Source: an uncultured bacterium
Lineage (GTDB): Bacteria; Chloroflexota; UBA5177; JANWHV01
Length of the DNA: 64,000 bases
Assembly: GCA_963827235.1 (NCBI GenBank)
Contig: CAWHAE010000012.1
Location: forward strand, 888,045-952,044
Reading direction: 5' to 3'
The translations under genes were made by a program, and so were the position numbers. Below, one piece after another: positions 35,616 through 43,776 of this stretch. The notes beneath the pieces were generated by a model. It ran no database searches and was not told the origin of the DNA. It saw only the letters and a program-made list of their open reading frames with translations. How positions within the stretch are numbered: the first letter of the stretch is position 1; every line of letters starts with the position of its first letter.

Positions 35616-35891
35616 ATGACATCAGTTGGAGTTCGCGAGCTACGACAACGCGCGAGCGAACTGCTCAGGCTGGTCGCGCAGGGCGAGATCATCGAGATCA
35701 CCGATCGCGGTCGGCCTGCAGCGCACCTCGTCCCGGTGCCGACCGGTACCGCCCTTGAGCAGATGCGTGCGGCCGGCGAGATTGACCCGGCCTCAGCGGA
35801 TCTTGACGATCTTCCTGAGCCGCTGGTCTTGCCCGATGCTGTAGAGACGCCATCGGCTGCTCTCGCCCGGCTACGTCGTGACGAACGCTGA
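35616..35891 (+). CDS. type II antitoxin, Phd/YefM family
   Basis: 91 aa. VGVRELRQRASELLRLVAQGEIIEITDRGRPAAHLVPV is a canonical Phd/YefM N-terminal fold pattern. Confidence 0.85.
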   Translation: MTSVGVRELRQRASELLRLVAQGEIIEITDRGRPAAHLVPVPTGTALEQMRAAGEIDPASADLDDLPEPLVLPDAVETPSAALARLRRDER

Positions 35892-35894
35892 GCG

Positions 35895-36287
35895 ATGGCG
35901 GCCACCTATCTGGACTCATCGGCCATTGTCAAGCTGGCCGTTCGCGAGCCACAGTCCGACGCCCTGCGGCGGTACTTGCGTCACCGGCGCCCGCTGTTAT
36001 CAAGCGCGCTGGCGCGCACGGAGGTGCTACGGGCCCTGCTGCCGGGCGGAGAGTCGGCCGTGGCCGCCGGTCGGCGTGTACTCGAGCGGATTGATCTGGT
36101 ACGAGTGAACGACCGAATACTGAATCTGGCCGGCTCACTGCCGCCGGTTGAACTGCGATCCCTGGACGCCATCCACCTGGCCACCGTCACACACCTTGGC
36201 GCCGAGCTGAGAGAGATCGTCACCTACGACGAACGAATGGTGGCAGCCGCACGCTCGATGGGCCTCAAGACTGCCACGCCGAGCTGA
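35895..36287 (+). CDS. vapC: PIN-domain ribonuclease toxin VapC
   Basis: 130 aa, starts 3 nt after the antitoxin stop. N-terminal YLDSSAIVKL (first acidic PIN residue) and a later SLDAIHLA motif. Confidence 0.85.
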   Translation: MAATYLDSSAIVKLAVREPQSDALRRYLRHRRPLLSSALARTEVLRALLPGGESAVAAGRRVLERIDLVRVNDRILNLAGSLPPVELRSLDAIHLATVTHLGAELREIVTYDERMVAAARSMGLKTATPS

Positions 36288-36406
36288 TCCGCGCTATCCC
36301 CGCACACAAGAACTGCGTGGTGGCGTCCAGAGAAGTTCGGTCTCTCAGCGCCAATTACTCTTGCACCTGCGCCAATGACTCTGTCGTCCTACACAGAACA
36401 GGCTGC

Positions 36407-37357
36407 TTACAGCGAGTTCATGATGCTTGGCACGACCGGGCCGAGAATGACCACGAAGATCGACGGGAAGATGAAGATCGCCATGGGGAACAGCATCTTG
36501 AGCGGCGCTTTCTGCGCCTGCTCCTCCGCCCGCTGCCGCCTGCGCATACGCATCTGCTCGGACTGGATGCGGAGCACATTGGCAATGCTCACGCCGAGCT
36601 GATCCGCCTGTATGATGGCGGTGACGAACTGCGACAAGTCGGGCACGCCCGTTCGCCAGTTGATGTTCCTCAGCGCTTCTCTCCTCGACTTGCCCAGTCT
36701 CAGCTCGACCAGATAACGCTCAAACTCGAAGGCGAGGTCATCCTTGGCCTTTGTCGCCACGCGCTGGCAGGCGGCGTCGAATCCGAGGCCAGCCTCCACG
36801 CTGATCGCGATGATGTCGATGGTGTCCGGCAGGGCACGCGAGATACGCTTTCTCCGCCGTTGCACTTCGTCGCGAATCCACATGTCGGGGAAGAAGAAGC
36901 CGATCACCAGCGCTGCGACGCCCCACATCAGCGCCGACACCGGTACTTGAGGCGGATACGGAACGACGCCCGGCCAGATATTGCAGTACATGAAGCCCGT
37001 CATCAACACGGCAAAGGCGACAGACACTACGCCCTTCAGCCCGTAGAAACCCTCCACGTTGATGCCCCGCGGATTGCCGGCGTGGGCCAGCCGCTGCTCG
37101 GTCTTCTCCAGCGTGTTGCCGGGAGAGATGCGCCTGGTAACCTTAGCAATCTGGTTCGTCAACGGGATGAGCACGCGATCGCGGAAGGGTCGCGCCAGCT
37201 CGAGATCCTCGAGAGGCGTGCTGGACTGCGAGAGCTGGTCCGGCGCGTAGGTCGCCAGTCGCTCCCGGATCGCGCCATCGTTCGAGTCACGGATGCCGAA
37301 AAAGATGAGCAGCACGGCAACGGCTGCCAGCGCGGCTGCCAGGACGGTCAGCATCAT
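36407..37357 (-). CDS. tadC: type II secretion system F-family protein (TadC-like)
   Basis: 316 aa with T2SSF domain architecture (TM, cytoplasmic helical domain ALPDTIDIIAISVEAGLGFDAA, C-terminal TMs). Follows tadB by 3 nt. Confidence 0.8.
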   Translation of the reverse strand: MMLTVLAAALAAVAVLLIFFGIRDSNDGAIRERLATYAPDQLSQSSTPLEDLELARPFRDRVLIPLTNQIAKVTRRISPGNTLEKTEQRLAHAGNPRGINVEGFYGLKGVVSVAFAVLMTGFMYCNIWPGVVPYPPQVPVSALMWGVAALVIGFFFPDMWIRDEVQRRRKRISRALPDTIDIIAISVEAGLGFDAACQRVATKAKDDLAFEFERYLVELRLGKSRREALRNINWRTGVPDLSQFVTAIIQADQLGVSIANVLRIQSEQMRMRRRQRAEEQAQKAPLKMLFPMAIFIFPSIFVVILGPVVPSIMNSL

Positions 37358-37360
37358 GGT

Positions 37361-38335
37361 TCAGACCTCGATCTTTGTGATTCTGCGCATCAGGAACGTG
37401 CCGATCGCCATGAAGAAGAACGAGACACCCATGAGCGGTAGCCCGCAGGTGTGGTCGGTCCAGAAGAAGCTGATGTACTTCGAATCGATCGTGTACAGAA
37501 TGAACGCCAGGGCGAGCGGAAGGCCCGAGATGATGTAGCCCGAAAGGCTGGCCTGCGCGGTCAGCGTCTTGATCTCGCCCTTGATGCGGACACGCTCGCG
37601 AATGGTGTGCGCTATGGTGTCGAGGATGACAGATAGGTTGCCGCCGATCTCGCGCTGCACGTTGATCGCCATGACCATGATCTCCAGGTCGACGCTCTTG
37701 ATGCGACGTACCAGGTTGGCGAGCGCTTCCTCGGGCGAAAGCCCAATACCCACTTCCTTGATCACGCGATTGAACTCGGTCGAAATGGGAGGAGTCATCT
37801 CTCGCGACACCAGCTCCATGCTCTGCAGCATGCTGTAGCCGGAGCGAAGGCTGTTGGCAAGCATGAGGATGGCGTCCGCGAGGTTGTTGTTGAAAAGCTT
37901 CAGTCGCTTGTTGGCCCTGTAGACCAGATACCAGCGAGGTAGTATCAGCCCGATGACCCCAAAGACGACGATGTGCACCACGGAGCCGAACAGGACCGAG
38001 CCGATGAAGATGCCGAAAACAAACGCGCAGCTCCACAGAATGAGGTACTCGCCGACCGTGAACTTCAAGTCCGCCCGCGAGAGCGCCGAGCGTAGGTTCT
38101 GCGCGAAATTCTGGTTCTGCACTGCGCGGTCGACCGTGCGCACGATCATGTCGCTAGCTTTTCCGCGCTCGCGCCGTGCCTGCTTGTCCTCGACGACGAC
38201 GGCCTTCGCCTCGGTGTACCTGGTCAGGCGGCTGGCGATGCTGCCGCTGCCGTAGCCCATGCGCACGAACGTGGCGTACGCGAAGAAGAACACCGCCGCT
38301 GCCGCGAGGAGCGCCGCCAGGAGTGTCAGGAGCAT
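37361..38335 (-). CDS. tadB: type II secretion system F-family protein (TadB-like)
   Basis: 324 aa with the T2SSF pattern (LADAILMLANSLRSGYSMLQSME). Confidence 0.8.
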   Translation of the reverse strand: MLLTLLAALLAAAAVFFFAYATFVRMGYGSGSIASRLTRYTEAKAVVVEDKQARRERGKASDMIVRTVDRAVQNQNFAQNLRSALSRADLKFTVGEYLILWSCAFVFGIFIGSVLFGSVVHIVVFGVIGLILPRWYLVYRANKRLKLFNNNLADAILMLANSLRSGYSMLQSMELVSREMTPPISTEFNRVIKEVGIGLSPEEALANLVRRIKSVDLEIMVMAINVQREIGGNLSVILDTIAHTIRERVRIKGEIKTLTAQASLSGYIISGLPLALAFILYTIDSKYISFFWTDHTCGLPLMGVSFFFMAIGTFLMRRITKIEV

Positions 38336-38353
38336 TACCTACCTCCTCACTTC

Positions 38354-39889
38354 TCAGAAGATCCGGTCGAGTCCGAACACGCTTGGCGGCAAGTAGATGC
38401 CGTTTTCTTCGAACTTCTCGATGAACTTCGGGCGAATTCCCGTTGGCCGCAGGCGGCCAACAATGCGCCCGCGCTCGTCAACACCGCTCTGTTCGAACAC
38501 AAAGATGTCCTGCAGGATTATGACGTCGCCTTCCATCCCCTGTACCTCGGAGATGTTCGTGACCTTGCGCGTGCCGTCCTTCATGCGCGCCTGCTGCACG
38601 ATCAGCTCGATTGCCTTTGAAACCTGCTCGCGAATTGCACGAAGGGGCAGGTCCATGCCCGCCATCAGGCACATCGTCTCCAGACGAGACAACGTGTCAC
38701 GAGGTGTGTTGGAGTGCAGCGTGGTCATGGACCCGTCGTGGCCCGTGTTCATGGCCTGCAACATGTCGAGCGCCTCACCGCCTCGGCACTCGCCGACGAT
38801 GATGCGCTCAGGTCGCATGCGCAGCGAGTTCCGCACCAGGTCGCGGATAGATACTTCGCCCTTGCCTTCGATGTTTGCAGAGCGCGCTTCAAGCGTGACG
38901 ACGTGTTCCTGCCGTAGCTGAAGCTCGGCCGAGTCCTCGATCGTGATGATGCGCTCGTCGGAGGGTATGAAGCTCGACAGCACGTTCAGCAGCGTGGTCT
39001 TACCCGACCCGGTACCGCCGGCGACGATGACATTCAGTCGCGCCTCGACGGAAGCGCGCAGGAACGTGGTCATCTCCTGCGTGAGCGTGCCGAAGTTCAC
39101 CAGGTCGTCAGGCGTCAGCGGATTGCGCGAGAACTTTCGGATAGTGATCGTCGGCCCAACCAGGCTGAGCGGAGGGATGATGATGTTCACGCGCGAGCCG
39201 TCCGGCAGACGCGCGTCAACGTAGGGGCTGCTTTCATCGCAACGCTTGCCGAGCGGGGATATGATTCGGTCGACCACGCGAACGACGTGATCGTCGTTGA
39301 CAAACTGCACGTCCGTCTTGATCAGCTTGCCGGACCGCTCGATGTAGACCTGCTTCGGCCCGTTGACCATGACTTCGGTGATGGTGTCGTCGTCCAGCAG
39401 CGGCTGGATGGGGCCATAGCCGAGAATATCGGCAACGATCTGCTCGAACAACCGCGCCCGGTCCGCGCGCGTGAGCTGTGTGCCCTCGGTCTCCAGGGCA
39501 GACTCGAAGAGGGTCTGGATTCGCTTGCGCATCTCGCCAGCTTGCGAGAAGTCCGCGTTGGGCCCGATGTCCTGGATCAGCTTCTGCTGCACGCGGGAGC
39601 GGAGCTCGGAGAAGTTGTCGTGCTCGGGCGCGGCCGGGCGCCGCAGCGCGGCGATGCTGTCCAGTCCCTGCCGGACCGCCCGTCCGGATTGAGCCACCGC
39701 TCCATTACCTGCCAATGGCGAGGTAACCGGATACGAGGACGACGCGGGAATTCCGGCCGAAGTCAGCGCGCTTCCCAGACCTCCCGAGTTTGGTTGGGAC
39801 CCCCCATTCGCGTTGGGAGGGGCTACCGGCACCATGGTCTCGCCAGGAACCCCGGTCGACGCACCTTCAATGCGCTTTAAGAGCGACAT
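38354..39889 (-). CDS. cpaF: CpaF/TadA family secretion ATPase
   Basis: 511 aa with Walker A GGTGSGKTTLLN, Asp box/Walker B IITIEDSAEL and His box GHDGSMTTLH. ATG at 39889 preferred over the ORF-track start at 40006. Confidence 0.92.
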   Translation of the reverse strand: MSLLKRIEGASTGVPGETMVPVAPPNANGGSQPNSGGLGSALTSAGIPASSSYPVTSPLAGNGAVAQSGRAVRQGLDSIAALRRPAAPEHDNFSELRSRVQQKLIQDIGPNADFSQAGEMRKRIQTLFESALETEGTQLTRADRARLFEQIVADILGYGPIQPLLDDDTITEVMVNGPKQVYIERSGKLIKTDVQFVNDDHVVRVVDRIISPLGKRCDESSPYVDARLPDGSRVNIIIPPLSLVGPTITIRKFSRNPLTPDDLVNFGTLTQEMTTFLRASVEARLNVIVAGGTGSGKTTLLNVLSSFIPSDERIITIEDSAELQLRQEHVVTLEARSANIEGKGEVSIRDLVRNSLRMRPERIIVGECRGGEALDMLQAMNTGHDGSMTTLHSNTPRDTLSRLETMCLMAGMDLPLRAIREQVSKAIELIVQQARMKDGTRKVTNISEVQGMEGDVIILQDIFVFEQSGVDERGRIVGRLRPTGIRPKFIEKFEENGIYLPPSVFGLDRIF

Positions 39890-40161
39890 CCGATAGCCTC
39901 CAGATCTGAGAGATGCACGCCGGGCTGCAACCCGGCAGAGAATGCAAACCGTACATGCCGCTCCTGTCGGCAGGGGTCGTGCCCATCGCCGCGGTACCGG
40001 GACCAAGCCGCCGCACTCCTGGCGGCACCGTCCGGGCAGGTTGCCGAGCCCACCGTATCAGCGGTGGGCTCGGCGGAAAGCCGGCAATTCAGGGCGGCAG
40101 GGAGTGCTCCGTCGCTATCGACGATCAGAACCGAGGCCCGTGCCGGCTCGCTCACGTCCAT
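39877..40161 (-). CDS. candidate 94-aa ORF in the TadZ/CpaE position
   Basis: The ATG lies 15 nt after the cpaB-like stop, and the 3' end overlaps the cpaF start by 13 nt. The N-terminus ASVLIVDSDGALPAAL is faintly receiver-like. GC3 is fairly high but the SD is poor. Confidence 0.25.
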   Translation of the reverse strand: MDVSEPARASVLIVDSDGALPAALNCRLSAEPTADTVGSATCPDGAARSAAAWSRYRGDGHDPCRQERHVRFAFSAGLQPGVHLSDLEAIGCRS

Positions 40162-40176
40162 TCCCCAATAGTTGCT

Positions 40177-41184
40177 CTACTTGACAGCCACCGTGGGCTG
40201 CGGCGTGAAGGTCGCCCTCGGCGTCACGAAGACGTTCGGCAGGCCATTGCCTTGCGGCGTGCCCTTGGTCGAAGCCTCCGGCGTCACCAGGTATTCGGGG
40301 AATACCGCGTGCGTCTTCGGCTGCTGGACCTGACCCTTGACATCCTCGCCGGATATCAGCACGAGGTCGAGCGTGCCGTACGTATCTTTGACGTATTTGA
40401 GCAGCAAAGCGTCCTGCAACGTCACGGCGAGGGTGAATGTCTGGGTACCGCCGCCGGCCACAGGCGGAAGACCGACCGCAACGACGCGCGCATCGGTGAT
40501 GATCTGCTGGGTGTCGATCGGTCCCTTCCAATTCGTGCCGGGGTCGCTGGCGGAGCCACCCGACTGCGGCTGGGGATCGGAGTTCCGGCTATCAATCTCG
40601 TGCTGCCGGATACTCAAGAGCAGGTCCACCGAATCGCCGGGCTGGATATGGGCGTCGTCCGACTGCAGATTGGTGACCTGCACTGTCTCGGCCACTCGCC
40701 CGGCCGGAACAGACCAGGAGAGGCTATTCGGCTGCGGCACGGGCAGCACCACGTAGTCGGTGGTCAACAGCGCGCTCCGCGCGGTGATCGCCTTGGTGAT
40801 CTGGATGTCGTTCAGGAAGAGGTTGGCCGTCTCGGAATACACGTGCGTGTAGTTCGTGATCCAGTCGTGGATAGAGGTCACGCGGTCGGGATCGGGCGTG
40901 GCCTGGGCCGGAACAGGAACGTCCTCGAAATACTGGTTGATCTTATCTATGCTGTCCAGCTTGGTCAGCGGCGGTACCTGATACTTGGCCACGACGTAGT
41001 GGGGACCCGGCGTTGGGGTAAAGGTCGGCACGACCACGACCGGCGTGGTGACCGCCGGTCCGCTTGACGTGCTGTTATTCGACTGCTTGCTGAGCACGAG
41101 CACCACTATGACGAACGCTACCACCGCGAGAATAGCGCCGATCAGCAGCTGACCTCTGCTGCTTCGCAACAATTGCATTCCCAT
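40177..41184 (-). CDS. cpaB: CpaB/RcpC-like Flp pilus assembly protein
   Basis: 335 aa. N-terminal TM helix, a Thr/Pro-rich linker, then SAF/RcpC-like segments (IQPGDSVDLLLS; ITDARVVAVG). Confidence 0.55.
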   Translation of the reverse strand: MGMQLLRSSRGQLLIGAILAVVAFVIVVLVLSKQSNNSTSSGPAVTTPVVVVPTFTPTPGPHYVVAKYQVPPLTKLDSIDKINQYFEDVPVPAQATPDPDRVTSIHDWITNYTHVYSETANLFLNDIQITKAITARSALLTTDYVVLPVPQPNSLSWSVPAGRVAETVQVTNLQSDDAHIQPGDSVDLLLSIRQHEIDSRNSDPQPQSGGSASDPGTNWKGPIDTQQIITDARVVAVGLPPVAGGGTQTFTLAVTLQDALLLKYVKDTYGTLDLVLISGEDVKGQVQQPKTHAVFPEYLVTPEASTKGTPQGNGLPNVFVTPRATFTPQPTVAVK

Positions 41185-41287
41185 CCTCCATTTCCGTTCA
41201 CAGACTAGCTATTCGTCGCCTCAGACCGACAAGCTCCGACTCCAGCAGTACGTTCTGTCCAACCGGCACTCAGTTCTCGCGCTGGCT

Positions 41288-41983
41288 TTACCCCTTGATC
41301 CAGCCCTGACGCATCGCATATACCACTGCCTGCGTGCGATCGTTGACGGCAAGCTTGCGCATGATCGACGTGATATGGTTCTTGACCGTTTGATCGCTGA
41401 TGCTCATCGCACGAGCGATCTCCTTATTGCTGTTACCTTTCGCGATGTAGTCGAGCACCTGGACTTCACGGCTCGAAAGCGGGATATACAGCGGCTCAGC
41501 CTCGTGGTCGACCTCCTCTGCAAGGTCTCGGAACGACTTCAGCACTTTGGAAGCCAATACGGGCTTGGCAAGCACACTGTCGTTGATCAGGTATTCACCC
41601 GCCGCGACACGCCGGAGGACGCGACACATGTCTTCTATGCCGATCGTCTTGAGCACGTACGCAGCGGCACCGTACTTGATGGCGTAGAAAAGCTTCTCCT
41701 CGTCGTCGCGATTGGTCATCACCACTACGCTAATGTTGGAACCCCTGCGCTTCAGCTCCCGAATCGCCTCGAGCCCGTCTAGCCCTTCAACCTCGGCGTT
41801 CAGCAGGACGACGGTCGGTGCCAGCTCTTCCACCAGGCGAAGGCCATCTCTCCCGTTCGACGCCTCGCCCACGATGTCCAGCTCCGGGTCCACTTCCTTG
41901 ACCGTGTGGCGCAGCCCGGCACAGAAGAGCGGCTGGTCATCAATGATCAACACGCTGAGATTGTCTGCCGTGTCCTTTTCCAT
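41288..41983 (-). CDS. NarL/LuxR-family response regulator
   Basis: Receiver (SVLIIDDQPLFCAGLRH ... VVLLNAEVEGLDG) plus a LuxR HTH (LSSREVQVLDYIAKGNSNKEIARAMSISDQTVKNHITSIMRKL). No cognate kinase is adjacent. Confidence 0.9.
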   Translation of the reverse strand: MEKDTADNLSVLIIDDQPLFCAGLRHTVKEVDPELDIVGEASNGRDGLRLVEELAPTVVLLNAEVEGLDGLEAIRELKRRGSNISVVVMTNRDDEEKLFYAIKYGAAAYVLKTIGIEDMCRVLRRVAAGEYLINDSVLAKPVLASKVLKSFRDLAEEVDHEAEPLYIPLSSREVQVLDYIAKGNSNKEIARAMSISDQTVKNHITSIMRKLAVNDRTQAVVYAMRQGWIKG

Positions 41984-42147
41984 CCATCGCTCCCCGATAG
42001 GCAGGCCTACCTGCATGGGACGCCAGCCACCGCCGCGAGCGGCACGGCCTCACTGCTCAGGCTGCGCGCCGTGACCAATCATGCCCGTAGCATAGCCGAG
42101 CATTGGGGGAGACACAATAACACAGTTGGTGGTTTCATGCCACAAAC

Positions 42148-42166
42148 ATGGGCTATCCGAGCCCAT
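42148..42166 (-). terminator. intrinsic-terminator-like hairpin after the first GT-C gene
   Basis: 7-bp stem ATGGGCT / AGCCCAT with a 5-nt loop, followed on the minus strand by GTTTGTGG. Confidence 0.4.
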
Positions 42167-42182
42167 TTCAGACCCGGCATTC

Positions 42183-43748
42183 CTATCCGATAGGAATGCC
42201 ATACCCACCCCCGGGGCGGGGGTTGGCGTAGATTGCGTACTCTCCGGCCCGGTAGACAAGGCGCCAGTGAGCCTGCGCGTAGAGGGTCAGCGCGCGCTCC
42301 GGGCGGTTCTCGGCATCGAACCGTCGTGTAAACTCGTCCACGACCAGGAACGTCGCCGCGGGCAGGCTCGTGTCGTAGACAAAGCGGGAGCGATGCAACC
42401 CATCCGGGTAGAATGACGTGCCCGTGCCGTAGATGGCAACTGCCTGCAGAAGGTCCGCCGTCTTGCAGTGGATCAGCCACGCTTCTTCCGGCATGATGAT
42501 CACCAACGAGGATGGCGAGACGCGGCGATTCACCCACGCTGCCATCGCGCGGGCATCCGCGGTAGATCGCGGAAGCAGTGAATCGAGGGCGGTCTTGAAG
42601 CGTCCGTTCACTGCCGCCACGTCGCCGGCAAGCATGGAGAGCGCGAACGGCGTGAGCAACAGAACATAGGCAAGCACCGCTCGACGCCGGGCCCGGCGCC
42701 GAGCCTGCGCGCTGTAGCCCGTCTCATCCAGCGCGGGGATGAGAAGGAACGACAGCATCCGCCAGCAGCCGAGGAGCACCGTTCCCACGCCGATAGCGAG
42801 CAAGGGCAGCAGCGGCTCCGCGGCCCTGAAGTACGGCGACGGATCGCGCACGGCGAGGACGATGATCAGCAGTATCGCGGTGAGTGCCACCAGCGCATGC
42901 CTCGTCCTGCCGCCGCCGGTGAACAACAGCCCCACCAGCCCAACGGCGATCAGCGGCTCACTCTTCAGGAGATCGGCGAGGCGGGTCGCCAGGGTGACCG
43001 GGTCGAAGTCCAACCGCGTGGCCGAGTGCCGTACGTCAAACAGGAATTCGCTCCGCCGGACGATGAGCATCCAGGCGATGTAGGTGATCGGCGCCATCGC
43101 GGTGCCGGCCGCGGCAGCCGCTACTGCCCGGCCGCCGCGGGACCACAGCAGGATCGCTACGGCGGGCACAAGCGCTATCGCTTCCTGGTCCGTGGCCAGT
43201 GCCAGGCCGGTGAGCAAACCGGCGCCGAACGGCGCAGCGTACCTTCCGAGCAACGACCGGACACGCGATGCGCCGAGCAGCAGCGTGTTGGCACTATTGT
43301 CCCCGGTGCCGTCGAGAAGCGCGATCCACAGAGCAACGGGGACGAACAGCGCGAGCAGATTGTAGGTGTACGCCCAGCGCTGCTGCACGGCGGCAAGTGG
43401 CCAGATAATCAGGAAGACTGCGGCCGCCAGCCCCAGGCCGTGTCCGCGCAGCCGGACGCCCAGACCGTAGACCGCCAAGGCTGTCAGCACTCCGCACGCA
43501 CCCGCCACCACGCGTAGCGCGATCAGGTCGTGCGTCCACAGCCTGATCAGCACCGCACCGATCAGGTAGAACAGCGGTGGGTGCTGCACGAATGCGTACC
43601 GCAGGCCAAACATCTGCAGCCGGCCCGCGGCCAGATTTGAGGCGATGTTCCAGTTGTAGCCTTCGTCGCCGTCCCAGCCGGGGTTGTTGGCCAAGTTCGC
43701 AAGACGGAGGTACACGGCCAGCAGCAGCAGTCCACCGGCCAGGCTCAT
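42183..43748 (-). CDS. GT-C fold glycosyltransferase (family 39/83-like, PMT_2/ArnT-like)
   Basis: 521 aa polytopic protein from the ATG at 43748. First-loop acidic motif NNPGWDGDEGYNW is typical of GT-C enzymes. C-terminal soluble domain. Confidence 0.72.
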   Translation of the reverse strand: MSLAGGLLLLAVYLRLANLANNPGWDGDEGYNWNIASNLAAGRLQMFGLRYAFVQHPPLFYLIGAVLIRLWTHDLIALRVVAGACGVLTALAVYGLGVRLRGHGLGLAAAVFLIIWPLAAVQQRWAYTYNLLALFVPVALWIALLDGTGDNSANTLLLGASRVRSLLGRYAAPFGAGLLTGLALATDQEAIALVPAVAILLWSRGGRAVAAAAAGTAMAPITYIAWMLIVRRSEFLFDVRHSATRLDFDPVTLATRLADLLKSEPLIAVGLVGLLFTGGGRTRHALVALTAILLIIVLAVRDPSPYFRAAEPLLPLLAIGVGTVLLGCWRMLSFLLIPALDETGYSAQARRRARRRAVLAYVLLLTPFALSMLAGDVAAVNGRFKTALDSLLPRSTADARAMAAWVNRRVSPSSLVIIMPEEAWLIHCKTADLLQAVAIYGTGTSFYPDGLHRSRFVYDTSLPAATFLVVDEFTRRFDAENRPERALTLYAQAHWRLVYRAGEYAIYANPRPGGGYGIPIG

Positions 43749-43776
43749 TCTGAGCAGCCCGGCACGGTCCACCGCC

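Noticed and set aside
35616-36287. VapBC considered as a marker of a mobile island.
   Set aside because: There is no integrase, transposase, tRNA or flanking direct repeats, and no evident compositional shift around it. Chromosomal vapBC pairs are common.
42016-42140. Mini-ORF (MKPPTVLLCLPQCSAMLRA, minus strand) considered as a possible Flp pilin upstream of the LuxR-Tad genes.
   Set aside because: It has only 19 codons, no Flp G/XXXXEY processing motif, no hydrophobic pilin core and no SD.
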